64,000 nt of DNA from an uncultured Clostridia bacterium (GTDB lineage Bacteria; Bacillota; Clostridia; TANB77; CAG-508): NCBI GenBank assembly GCA_946410665.1, contig CAMKBC010000002.1, forward strand, positions 11,926 to 75,925, written 5' to 3'. Positions within the stretch are counted from its first letter, which is position 1. Each line of letters opens with the position of its first letter. The notes beneath the pieces were generated by a model. It worked only from the letters and a program-made list of their open reading frames with translations. It did no database searches and was not told the origin of the DNA. The position numbers and the translations under genes were made by a program. Positions 35,480 to 50,400 of the stretch are shown one piece after another.

Positions 35480-38400
35480 ATGAAAACACTTAAACTTAAA
35501 AAAGTAATAACAATAGTTACAATGTTTTTATTAGCAATTGCTCTAATAATAGTTGGAGAAACTAAGAGAGTTGAACTATCAGAGATTACAAAACAAAAAT
35601 ATCTTGATAACAACAATCAAACAAAAATCACATGGGGTGATTTAACTGGAAATGGCTATGATGCAACAGCATACAATACTGGCTGGAACGATGCTAGTAC
35701 AGGTATGGTGTTTAATGGCACGAGCTCATATGCCCAAATCAAAGAAGTTAACTTAGAGCAGTTCACTTTAGAAGTTGCATTTAGAGCTTCTAACTTATCA
35801 AAAGAAGGAGAACAAACTTTATTAGCAAACTTCCAAGAAGGTGGATATGGTTTATTAATCAGAGATAAAAGATTAATAGGTCAAGCATATTTAGACGGAG
35901 AATGGAAAACTATTTCAACAGAAGATGGTGAAGGAACAGTTAGTGATGTTTTAGAAGAAAATATCATGTATGTTGCTCATCTTACTTTTGATGGAACAAA
36001 TCTATCTTTGTATCTAGATGGTGAGTTAATTGGAACTGTAACAGGTACGACATTAACATATCCAAAGAATAATACAATCATGATGCTTGGTGAAAATCCA
36101 GACGGAACAAATGCTGTAGAAGATAAATACTTAGAAGGAACAATTCATGAAGCAAAGATTTATAGTAAGAGTTTAAGTGATAATGAAATAGAAAACAATT
36201 TAGAAATTGTTGAACGTGTATATGCAGATGGTGTAAGTGGAAGATTAAACAACATCGAAGGCTATGTTCAAGATGGATTATTAATGGATCTTGAAGGTAG
36301 AAAAATCGAACGTACACAAGAAAGAATTGCAGATTTAAGTTTAAGAACATTCATAACAAAAATAAATGGTGAAGAATTATCAACATCTAGAGAACCAAAT
36401 GTGGAAATCGTAGATGGAAAATTTAATTACAAACATTCAAAGAATAAAGTTAATGTTGTAAAAGGTGATGTTATAACATACAAAATCAGAGTTTACAACG
36501 AAGGTAAAGAAGCAGCAAATGCAGAGAAGGTTGGAATTTATTTACCTGAAGAAATGAAGGTAATCGGATTAGATGATAGCGAGAGTGTAAATTCAAAATA
36601 CTTATGGACACAAGATGAAGGAAACGTATTCATCACAAAATATTTATCAAACCAAGAAATTAAAAAGAATGGTGTTAAGGTAATTGAAAACAGAAGTATA
36701 CCAGCGTATTCAGAAAATGCAGGAATACAATACAAGGACATTGAATTAGAAATATTAGTAAACGAAGATATAACAATTGCCGATGGTTACAGATTAGTTG
36801 TTGTAGCAGAGATTATGAAAGAGAGTCAAAATGATAGTGACTCAACACCACGTAATTTCAACATGACACAAGCAGATATTAAAACATACAAAAAAGCAGA
36901 AGCAGAACAATCATCAGCAGAAAGCTACATTGCTGGAAAAGAAGATGATGACGATTTTGAAAATGTATATGTAAATAAAACATACGATGCAAAAATTGAG
37001 TTAAACAAAATCAGTATAGCTAACGAAAAAAATATTGGTGGCGGAAAAATTAAGATTACAAACAATGTTTCTGACAGTGATATTAGATTAAAAATTTATA
37101 ATAAAGCAACAATGTCAGAATTAGAAAAAGACGAAAATGGATATGTTGTTCCACCACAAGAAGGTGTATTAATCGGACTTTCAAGATTACAAAAGAATGT
37201 TGAAAATGAAATTTTAATCGAAGAAGAATCTGCAGCAGAAGGATATGTAAAAGTAATTGATAGCACAAAATTAAAAGTTAAGATAAATGCAAATGAAGAA
37301 ATTGAAGCTATCATTACAAGTGTTGTAGAAAAGAAAATTAAAGAAGACGGAACTGTTGAGACACAAGAGTTATCAGGTTCAATCGAAAAAGATGCATTCT
37401 TAAGAGACGAAGATCAAAATGGCTTAGTTACAAAAGATGGAATCGCAACAGGTCAAAGAGTTGAATACAAGATTGGTGAAGATGGCGAATGGAAGAGATA
37501 CACAGGATCATTCAAACTACAAACAAATAAAACAATTTATGCAAGAAGTACAGACGGAACAAATTACAGTGGTACAGCAATCAAAGTTGTAGATAACATT
37601 GATAAGATTGCACCAACAATAGATACAATTGCAGACAAAGAAGAAACACTAGATATTGAAACTTCAATTGAATTCCATGTTACAGATACAAGCACAGAAG
37701 ATTATGGTGCTTCAGGAGTTTCTAAATTTGGAATCAGCGAAAACGATGTTGATGAACCAGAAGAATGGTTAGATGCGGACAAGACAACAGACTTTACAGG
37801 AACAGTAGAGCATATTGAAGATGAAGGTACATTCAGAATTTGGGTAAAAGACGTTGCAGGAAACATTGCAATCTCAAATGAATTTAGAATTGATTTACCA
37901 GATATCTCAGTTGCAAAAATTACAGCAATTGTAGATAGAGATGGAAATGAAATCACAAGTTTAATTAATACAGAGTACTACACATTAGAATCATGTTTCG
38001 CAACAATACCAGAAGGTGCTACTGCAACTGTTCAAGTAATTCATAGAATTTACAACGAAGCAAATGTTCTTGATGGAAACAAAACAGTAACACTAGATTT
38101 AAACGGATACACAATTGGAAACAGAAGCAGAAGAGAACCAACATTCACAATCGGAAGTGAAAACTCAGATGCAAGTTTAACAGTTATAAACAACAAAGGT
38201 AGGGGTGGTGTTTCTAGTAACAACACAGAAGCTATAGTTATAAATGACGGAAGCATCTTCACATTGGGCGAAGATAACAAGAGAGTTGTACAAAGCCAAC
38301 CAAAGATTACAGGTAAGACAACAGGTATCGATGTAAAGAATGGTGGTGTGTTTAATTTCTATGATGGAAACATCACAGCTGAAAAAGCTATTTATGGAAA

Positions 38401-41400
38401 TGTAAGTTCAACACCAATTGGATACAATGCATTCATCGAAGATTCAACAACAGATGAATTACAAACAGCAACATTACAAGTTATATCAAACGTTGAAGCA
38501 AGAATCGGTAGAAAGATGTACACATTACTAGAAGATGCTATCGCTGATTGCCAAACAAAATATGGAACAGATGGTTCACAAGTAGAAGTTGTTTTATTAA
38601 AGAACATTGCTAAAGATATGACAATCGAGATTGCAGAGAATCAAAATATCAAATTAGATTTAAACGGACATGATTTTACAACAGTAACAAATGGATACGT
38701 AGTTGATAATAAAGGTAAGTTTGAATTATTTGATAGTTCTGTAATGACAGGAAGTTATGATTATAAAGTTGAAGCTGAGGATACATCAAGAGTATCAAGA
38801 AATGGTGGAAGCAATATTTCTACAAATGGATTCACAGGTGTACAAAAATACAAAGAATTAGCTTTCAATTTCGACATTGAAGAATATGGTACATACATGT
38901 TCTCTATATCAGGTATTTACATGAGTAGAGAATCAGATATCTATTTAGATGATAGCGATACAAGTATGTACAACTTTGCAGAAAGAACATATGGTGCAGA
39001 GTACACAACAGTAAATGTTATATTAGATAACCTAGATCCAGGAACACATAGACTAAGAGTTGTTAACAATGCAGAAGGTGGAGAACAACCAATCATTGAC
39101 TACTTCGAAGTAAGTAACAACAAAGGATCAGGAAGAATTTATAGTACAACAAATCACGTAATTCACAACTGGAATTTTGATGAGAGAGTAACAGACATCA
39201 GCAAAATTGATACAGTTGATTATGAAGAATTAATTACAGATGAAAAAGTAAGTATACACAATGCTTATAGACATTCAAGAACATGGACAGATGATTTAAG
39301 TGTATATAGAGATGAAGACAATTCAATTGCATTAAATGAAACAACATGTGAAGATTGGTCAGCAGGATACATTGAAATTGATTTAACAGATAAAGAAGTA
39401 AAACCATATTTAATTCAATTTGACTATCATGCAAAATCAACTGGAAATAGAAGATTAGATATGTACTTCTCAGCTTATGAATTTGGTGCATATGATAGAG
39501 AAGGTAGAATTCTTTATAGAGATGGCGGAAATTTTGATCTTAATGAAACTTATAAGGCATATGTAACTGGTGGATCTAAACACTATATTCATTTAGCAAT
39601 GTATAAGAATAGATATTGCAATAACGAATTTGATTTTAGAGTAAAAAGCATTAAATTAGTTGAGGTTAATGATTTCAACATGGCGCAAATGACAATCACA
39701 TCAGGAATTATCGACACACAAAAAACAGGTACATATGAAGAAAGAACAGGTGGTATCTTTAATGAAGGTAACCTTATTGTAAAAGGTGGTAGATTTACAA
39801 CAGCACTTCAAACAGGAGACGATGGTAGAAAATGCGGTATTAGAAACTATGGCTTTGTAACAATACAAGATGCTCAGTTTGATGGAATGATTCATGGTAT
39901 CTATAATGGATGGTACAACAATTCAAAGTACGGAGTAATGACGCCAATAGTAAAAATAAATAATGTTAATATGAATTGTACTCATATAAATTATATGGGA
40001 GCTGGCCACTCAATTGCCGAAATCAAGAAGGGTAAATTTAATTCTAAATCTTCGTATGAAGTATGGCAAAACTACGAAGATTCAACTGTTATTATTAATC
40101 CTGAATCAGATGAAGATGTTCAATTTATGAATGGTGGCGACTGGGAAATCTATATGAGTAGAGATAACGGAAAGCAACTTTATATTAAAGGTGGAACATT
40201 CAGACATGCTGGAGGCATTATTTATTCATATGATGATTACTGGAGAGGTTCACAAAGATGGATGTATAACCAAATAACTATTGATGGCGGAGATTTTCAA
40301 TCAACTTCAGGTGAAATGATAGCAACATCTTACAGTGCAAAGATCATTGTTAACGGAGGAAAATTTGTAACATCAGGAGATAGAATATTTAGAATAAACA
40401 ACTTCATGGATGTTACAATTAATGATGGTGAATTCTATGCTACAAGAGGAACTGGTAATATTCTTTACTGTGATTATTATGACAACAGCTACAGTAAATT
40501 AACAATTAATGGAGGTTATTTCACTAACGTAACAGAAGCAAATAATAGCTATTGGACATTATTCCAATTCTATTATGGAGCACATGTAACAATTAATGGT
40601 GGCGAGTTACATGCTGGTAGTACAGTATTCCATGAAAACAGAGGCAATCTAGACTTAAAGATTTTAGGTGGAAACATAACATCAAATGTTGGACCACTAA
40701 CAAATACAGATAATCATGATGGTGGATGCAGTGTTGTAATTGGAACTAAAGATGGTAATGTAGAAATGCAACCAGAAATTAAAGTTTCTACTTCATATCC
40801 GTTAGTTACAAATAACAATGCAACAGTAAAATTCTATGATGGTGTGTTGTATGCACAAAAGAATCCATTCTTAAATTGTAATCTAGAAGAAATTGAAGAC
40901 AACACAAATGTTGTTTCAGAAGATTACGGAGAAAGAGGATTAAAGGTTTGGCTAGGAGATAATTCTTCACAAGAGAATGTAGAAATATATGAATGTCCAG
41001 ACAATCAAAGTTTAGTTGGAACAAAGTATTCAACAATTCAAAAAGCATTAGATCAATGCAGTACAGATGCAGGAGATAATGTAACAAAGATTAGATTATT
41101 AAAAGATTATTCTAATTTTGAAATTAACACGATTAAAAAAGGACAAAATGTAATTATCGATCAGGATGCATATATTTTATGGAATTATAGAAACAACGGA
41201 TTTGATAACTATGGAAAAGTAGAATTTATAAATACACAAAATAATTTATATAGTAGAGAAATAAAAAACACAGAATTAGTAAGCAATCACATATATCCAG
41301 AGAGAGATTACAATTTCACAGACTATAGAATTATAAAAGATAAGAGCGGAAGAAATAATGATTTAGAGTTGTTATGCGCAGGAAAAGATGCTGATACAAA

Positions 41401-44400
41401 CGGAATTGCTTGCAATACTTATACTACAGGCGTAATTAGAAATTGGAATATAACAGATGCAGAACAAAAAGCAATGGAAATTGTATTAAAGACAACAACT
41501 AGAGAAAACACGTGTATTTTCATGTCACCAAATGGACAACATATGGCATTTGGCGTATGGAACAATACTTTCTTACTATCATGCAAAAGTAACAACAATC
41601 AAACTTTTGTGATACCAGATGATTTCTATGATGGCACAATGAAAGATATTGTAATAAACTACAACAGTGAAACCAACCAATATACAGTTTACTATAACGG
41701 AAGAAAGTTAGAAACTAGAGGATCTGGTAACTGGTGGGGAAATGGTAATAGTTATGGAGCTTTCTTTGGAAGAAGACCAAATCAAGATAACTTCCATGGA
41801 ACAGTATTTGCATTAAGACAATATAGTGAAAACTTAACAGAAGAACAAATCGCAACAAATTATGAATCAGCACAAGAAAAATACGTAGATGGAGAAGATG
41901 AAGATAACTATACAACAGATAATCTTATATTAGATATAGATTCTTCAACAATTGATTGGGAAAAAGTTGCATTGGCAAGCCATAATGTTAATAACTACAC
42001 GACGAACTCATGGGGATATCAAAAAATTGACTTAAGAGATCAAGCGGGAAGATTCTTAATTACAGTAAATGCAGAAACTAGAATATCTAACATTAGTGGA
42101 CGTACATCATGGGCGCATGCAAGAATATTAACAGACACTTCGATAAGAGGTGAAAGTGATACAACAGGAAGATTTATTCATGTTACTGGTGATACAACTG
42201 CAACAGACTATACTTATGAAGTAGAAGGTGGCAAGATATATTACTTACATTATGGTTTCTATCACAATAGTCAAGCACTAGAAACATTTACTATTAACAG
42301 CATTAAGGTAACAACAATACAACAAGGAAAAATCTTTAGTAGAAATTGTAATCTATTAAAGAATGGTAGATTGGTAGAGGAAGAATCATGGAAAGACTTG
42401 AGTGGAAATAATAGACATGGTGTGTTAGTAGGACCAGTATGGGATGATGACAACAGAGGATTAGTATTTGATGGAAATGATTATGTAAGAATTGCTCAAA
42501 TGAATTATAGACAGTTCACATTTGAATCAACATTTGAATTGAGCAGTATACATAATGGATGGAATACAGTTATGTCTAACTACCATTCTGGTGGTTGGGG
42601 ATTATCTGTAAATGGATCAGATAAGAAATTATATGCCAGAGCTTATATTAATGGAGATTATAGAAATATACCATTAGAAATTCCAATTGAAGTAAATACC
42701 AAATACACAGCAGGTATAATGTATGATGGCCATATGATGTATCTATATGTAAATGGAATGGTAGTAAATACATGGAAATCAACAGATTATGACACATACA
42801 AACATTGGCCAGATAGTTCAACTTATGTTGTACTAGGAGGAGATGCTGCAGGAAGCGGTGCTGATGGAGAATGGCTAAATGGAAAAGTATATTCAGCAAG
42901 AGGATATAGTAGAAAATTAACAGATTTAGAAATCGCGCAAAATTATCAAAAAGATAGAGCGTTGTATTATGGAGATGATGCAGAGTACATTGAAAATATC
43001 ACAGGCTACGTAGAAAAAGATAGAATATTAGATTTCGAAGGAAGACATCATGCTGATAGTTTAGATAATTCTATGTATGCAAAATTAGGTGCTAATTTAT
43101 ACATAGAGGAAAGAGGTTTAAAAAATAGAGACGTTATAAAAAATGCTGGAACCTTAGATATCGATACATATAAATTTATAGTAGATGGAAGAAATACAAA
43201 AACTATTAGAAACGACAATGATGGTATAGTTAATATTTATGGTTGGGATTATGACTCAACTTCATATGAGAACACAGTTGTATTTGATAATCATAGAAGA
43301 GGTACAATTAATTACTATGATGGAAATACAGAAGCAACGACATCAGAAAGTTCTATCATTTTCAACAACCTAAACAATTCAACTGCTAATATATACGATG
43401 GTATTATTAGAAAAAATGGTAGATATGTAATGAACCAAAATGGTGGTTATAGTACTATGAATATTTATGGTGGTACTATTACATGTGAAGGTAGATGGGA
43501 TGGCGAGACAAGAATACTTTATAATTATGAAAATGGTACATTAAATATTTCTGGAGGAATTATTAACTATTATGCAACGTCAAACTATTCTACACGATAT
43601 GGTATTGATAATATAAATAGTGCAGAGTTCCATATTACTGGAGGAAAGATAAATTGGCAATCAACATACTGTAATTACTCGCGTGTAATCCGTAATGCTA
43701 GTCCAAAACATAGTTCGATAGAAAACTATGAGATATATGCTAGAGAATTAAATACGAGCACAGATTTAATACATTTCTTAAATGAAGGTACAAATTCAGA
43801 GATAACTATTAAGAATTCAAAATTCTGGCAAGATGCACATACTACTAGTTGGAACAACCATGCGGCTATCTATAACAACGCATCAAATGCGGTTGTTAAC
43901 GTAGAAAACTTCATATCAGATACTATTTGGATTGGAATTAACAATCCTAACGGAACAGTAAATGTAAAAAATTGTAACATCTTAAACTCTGTTACAGGTA
44001 TTAATATTAGTGCTGGAGCAGTAAATTGTGATGGTGTTAATGTAGAATCTACAACAACAGGATTAAATCAAACCGGAGGAACATTACATGTATATGGAAA
44101 TAGTAGAATTACAAGCACAACAAATGGTGCAAATGTAACAGGTGGAACATTCATATTAGGACAAGAAGGTGCTAATAGTGAAGATGAAAATGAACCAATT
44201 GTTGATATTAATAAGCCATATATTCAAGGTGTAAATTATGGTGTAAACAATACAGCAACATTCAAGTTCTATGATGGTAGAATAAAAGCAAATGATGGAA
44301 AATCAATAACAGGAAATATTACAGCAAAAGAGGCTGGATACCAAGTAAAAGTAATTAAATATACTGAAGGTGAATCAGGAAATGAAATTGCAAAAGAAGA

Positions 44401-47400
44401 TAGTATATTAGCACAACTTCCAATCATTGAAATTGTTGGTGTTGGTGAATATACAAATCTAAGAGATTTCCAAACAGCAGTAGACGGATTAGAAACAACA
44501 GAAGAAGTTGATGGTGAAACTATTACAAGGGAGTATAAAATCAACTTATTACAAAATATTTCTATGGATGCTTCAGAAGAAGGACTTACATTTAAGGAAG
44601 GATTAAAAGCAACTTTTGATATCAAGGGATATAGATTTACATCAGCTAACAAAGATGTAATAACAAATAATGGAGATATGACATTTATAGATAGTGTTGG
44701 AACAGGTGAATACTATAACAATTCAAACGGATCATATTTCATAAACAATGGAAAAATGAAAGTATCAAATGCTATAGTAAGAGTCCTTGGAGCTGGAAAT
44801 AGTGGTAATTGGAAAAAGATATTTAACAACATTGGTGATCTAGAATTTGACACAATTAATTTCACAAGTTCAGGTGGAAGTTATACTCATATGATCTATG
44901 ACGAAGGAGAAGGTACTTTTAAAGATACAAATTCTAAGATTATAGGAACATCTTCATTAGGAGAAACAGATAGAGAAAGAATTTATAACAATGCGACAGG
45001 AGATATGGAATTTAACGGAACAACAATGAGTTATATTTCATATATCCAAAACGTGAAAACAGGAAACATGACATTCAACGATATATATCAAGACAATGGA
45101 TGGGAAATAGTAAATCATAACGTAGGAAATATTACATATAATGGTACATCAAAGTCTTATACAACATATGGAATAAGAGCTGAAGGTGGAGCTGGAACTA
45201 GCACAATCACAATTAATGATGAAACATTAATAAGCGGTTATTATAGAGCATTTACAAACGACACAACAGCACAATTTATCATGAATGGTGGTTCTATTGA
45301 AACAAGATATAGCTATAGTCCTGAAACAATTAGACAAACAGGAAATGGTTTAATTCAAATTAATGGTGGTACGGTAGTAAACCACGTTAAGAGAATATAC
45401 GCTGGTAAATTTGTTGTTGATGGTGAAACGGCAGTAGTAAATGGTGAATACATTTACTTAAATAATACAGGTGGAATGTATGGTACATTTGAATTACGAA
45501 ATGGTAATGTAAATTGTAGAATACAATCACAAGTAGATAATGCAACTATCAATATTTTAGGTGGAAATCTAAATTGTGATGCTGCTTCGTGGTCAATAGA
45601 TGCCGGTAGTTATAAAACAAATATTACTATTGGAACTAAAGACGGAGAAGTAACAAATTCACCACATATTAGAGGATATATCTGGTCATACTATTATTCA
45701 AACACATGTTACTATGATGGAACAATTACTGTATCAAATTCAGCTGATTATTTAAGTACAGAAGTCGGTTTCTATGGATTAGTAAATGAATTTGAAGAAG
45801 GATATACACCAGAAAAGAATGTAAATAGTGAACATGAAGATTGGTACGACATTACATTAGTAGAACAAAAAGAAATAGCAGAAGTAGATGGCGTGAAATA
45901 TGATGATTTACAAGAGGCAATCGATGCATGTACAACATCAGGAAAAACAATCAAAATGTTAAAAGATTACATTGAAGTAAAAACATATACAGTACCAAGT
46001 GGCATTGATGAAGAAAGTGAAGAAGAGCAAGAACTTAAGAAGATTACACTTGACTTAAATGGACATATTATTGCACCAATCGGAAGAGATTGGGGTGGAG
46101 ATGAACTTTCAAGAGAGTTCTTACATAACTATGGTGATTTAACAATCACAGACAGCGTTGAAGCGGAAGAAGATGAAAATGGTGACCGATTAGTAAAGAA
46201 TAAACGTGGAAAGATTCATGGATATGCGCAAGGATATATAGACAACTATGGTAACTTGAAGTTTGATTCATCAAAGATGATGTTTAAAGCTCAAGCTTGG
46301 ACAAACACAATAAGGAATTACAATGATGGAAATGTTTCTTTTGATAATTTCTATATGTATGACAGAGCATTACCAGATGGAAGTCCACAACACAGAGTTG
46401 TATATAACTATAGTACAGGAAAAATTGAATTAAATGATTCAATAATTGATTTTTATGGTGAATATGTATGGCGTCGAGGTGAATCACAACAATACTTTGT
46501 TTACAACACATCAAACAATTCAGAGCAACATACAGAGTATAATATTAACAATTCAGTAATCAATGCATTAGGAAGTTCATCATATTACTTTGTATTAGAT
46601 GATGCTAATGGACAAATGGATACTGAAATTCATGATTCAAAACTAGTTTCATTTAATAATATTAAGAAAGAATTAAAAATATATGATTCAAGCATAAATG
46701 GATACATGTATGCAAATAATTATGAAGCTGAAATATTATTAAAGAACGTAAGACAAAACAGATATATTAATTGTCAAAATGCATGGTTCACAATAGAAGA
46801 TTGTAATTTAGGAACAGATAACGATTGGAATTACACTTACTTCTATGGAAAAGTAAGAAGCATTAAGAATTCTAATTTCTCAACTAATACTAGTGAAGGA
46901 GCTCACATATATGGCACTGATGGCGCTGGCGTTATTGAAAATTCAAGATTCTACAGATTTAAAACATATAATGGATCAAACCTAGAATTAAAAGATGTAA
47001 CAATTCAGGATTATATTGAAAATGGTGCATCAAATCACCAAAATTGTAGAATAACAATTAATGGTGGTACATACGACAAGATTTATAGTAATACATTAAA
47101 CGATGTAATTACTTTAAACTCAGGAAACTTTAGATATATAGAAAATAGAGCAAATTCTAAACTATATATTTATGGTGGTAACTATAACAACACATCAGGC
47201 GAATGTGTAAACAATGCAGGTATATTCACATTAGGTGCTGATGATGGAGAAGTAAGTATCGAAGAACCAGCAATAACAGGTTCAACATATGGTGTAACAA
47301 ACACAGGAACATTCAATTTCTATGATGGTATTATCCAAGGTGGTAACAAAGCCATCAATGGTAGTGTAACAGCAAAACCTGTAAGTTATAGAGTAAGCTA

Positions 47401-50400
47401 CTTACAAAATAATACAGTAGCAATCTTAGACTATGTAACACAAGTTGAAAATGCAGTTACAATGAATGGCGTTTACTACAACACATTAGATGCAGCAATT
47501 AAAGTTGCTCCATCAAATCAAGAAATCTATTTATATATTAATAATGAGATTGGATTAACAGATACATTTGTAATACCAGAAGATAAAAACATTGTAATCA
47601 ACTTACAAGGAAACAGTATTACATATTCAAGTACAGAACCAGCAATCATAAATAACGGAATACTAAGAATTTATGATTACTTTGAGAATGAAGAGGGAAT
47701 ACATGAAACAACCTATGGTGCAGTAAGAAACGACAGAGGTTTAGCAATTGACAACAGAGGAACATTAACATTAGGTGAAAACGACGGAACAGTCGATACA
47801 ACAACTCCAAGCGTTGTAGGTTTGGGCGAAGCACTAAGAAATTCTGGCACATTCGCATTCTACGATGGTAGATGTGTTGTATTAGATAACAATGGAAATG
47901 AAACCGTTACAGTTGCAGATGAATCTGTACAAACTGCAGATGTTAAAGAATTATCAACACTAAGAAAATTGGGTGATAATACTCAAATTTCTATAGACGA
48001 TGAAGGAAGAGTAATCAGTAGATTATCAAGTCCTGAAATCGCAGTTACTCCATCTTATTGGACAAATCAAGATGTCGAAGTAACAATGAATGCAACAGAT
48101 AGAGTAATAATGAATATTGGTGATAGACAACAAGGTATGGACTTAAGCTTAAAGCAATATGTAAGCAAAGTTGGAAATACAGCAATAGATAGAAAACCAG
48201 TAATAACAGAAGAAACAGAACAAGCAATACTAAGAACACAAAATGGTGTATATGGAAGATCAGAAGACGAAGTTTACGCAAATGTAGAAGATGGCGACGA
48301 TGAAGTAACATATACTATTAGCATTTATAATGAAGGAACAGAAACTGGATATGCAGCTGAAATTATCGAATTCATTCCAGAAAACTTAGAGTTTGTTTCA
48401 GATAATGAAGTAAACATAGCAAATGGATGGGAAGTTGCAAGTACAGATTCTACAACAGGTAGAGTAACAGCAGTTAAGACAAACAACTTAGCTAATGTTG
48501 CAGCGCTAGCTGATTTAGATGGTGATAGCATAATGAAATTACTAAGAGGCGAAATCGAAACAGTACCAAGTGTAGATTTAGTATTAAAAGTACATGTAAC
48601 ACCAACAAGAGAAAAAGTATATCATACAGTAAATGGAGAAATTACAGCTGCAAAAGATAGCAGTGGTAATACATATGGAGCATATTTCACAGAAGGAAAC
48701 GGAGTAAATAGCGACTTAGACTCAACTCCTGCAAACTATCCAGCAAAATCAGAAGATGATAATGATGGAGATACATTCTACACATTAATGAAGAAAGGTA
48801 AAGTAAATATTAAATATGTAGATCAAAAAACAAATCAAGAGATTTCTGATTCAACAGTAATCGAAGGATTTGAAGGAGACCCATACAATGCTTTATCATA
48901 CGGCAAGATAATTGAAAACTATAGATTAATGAGAGAACCAGAAGAACCAACAGGAACATTTACAAAGGATACACAAGAAAAAGTATTCTACTATGCACAC
49001 ATTTCAGCAGGTGTCGTAGTAAATCATATTGATGTAAATACAGATAGAGTAATCAAAACAGAAACTCTAACAGGTATTGAAGATCAAGATTATACAACTT
49101 CAAGTGAAGAATTCGAAGGATATGACTTAGTAGAATCAAGATTACCAGATGCAAATATAGCAAACGGTAAAATGACAATTGACGCAATTACAGTAAATTA
49201 CTACTATGAGAGACAAACAACTGTAAGGGTTAAACATTTAGATAAATACTTAACAGGCGACAATGCAAAATTATGCGATGATATCGTAATCGAAGGTCAT
49301 GAAAAAGATGAATATACAACAGAAGCAAAAACATTTGATGGTTATAAATTAGATGAAACATCTTTACCACAAAACGCTTCTGGAACAATGGAAGTTGTTG
49401 ATAGAGGAAACGGAAACGTTCAAACAGAAACAACAGTAATCTATTATTATATATCAGAATCAGAAGGTGTAGATATCTTATACAAAGATACATATTCAGA
49501 TAAAGAGATCGCTGAAAAGACATCTATAACTGGATATGAAGGAGATCAATACACATCAGAAGCTAAGACATTTATGCTATATGATTTAGATGAAAGTAGA
49601 TTACCAACTAATGCATCAGGAACACTTGGAAAAGACAAGAAAACAGTTACATATTATTACAAACATGCAGCAAGCATAAGAGTAGAATATGTAGACAAGA
49701 ATGCAAATACAAAGATTGTGGATGACGATATAATTGAAGGTCATGAAAACGACGTAAAAGAAGTTAGACCAAAAGATATCGATGATTATGTATTAGATTC
49801 TGAAAGTCAAAAAGACGACTACAACGTAACAATGGTTGTTACAAGAGATGCAGACAAAAATGTTATATCATTTACAACTGTAGTAACATTCTACTATAAC
49901 AAAGTTTCTGCAGGTGTAATAGAGAAACACATTGATATTTATGATGATACACTAATGGAAGAACCAACAGTACATGAAGGAAGCGAAGGACAATACTATA
50001 AGATTAATCCAAAGACATTTGCAGGATTTGATCTAGTAGAAACAAGCTTACCAGATAATGCAGAAGGCCATATGTCAGTATCAGCAATAGAGGTTAAATA
50101 TTATTATGCAAGAAAGACTCAATTAATAATCAAACATATTGATGTTCAAACAAATACAGAAATACCAAATTCAAGAATAACAATTAACAATCACAGAAAA
50201 GATAACTATACAACCTCAGGAAAAGCTATAGCAGGATACAAATTACAAGAAGATAGATTACCAGATAATGCTTCAGGAGTAATGGAAATCACAGAAAATG
50301 AAGGTAATATTGATATAACTACAACAGTTACATACTACTATGAATCAACAAGTTCAGCAGGTGTAACAGTACACTTCAGAGACATTAAGACTAACAAAGA

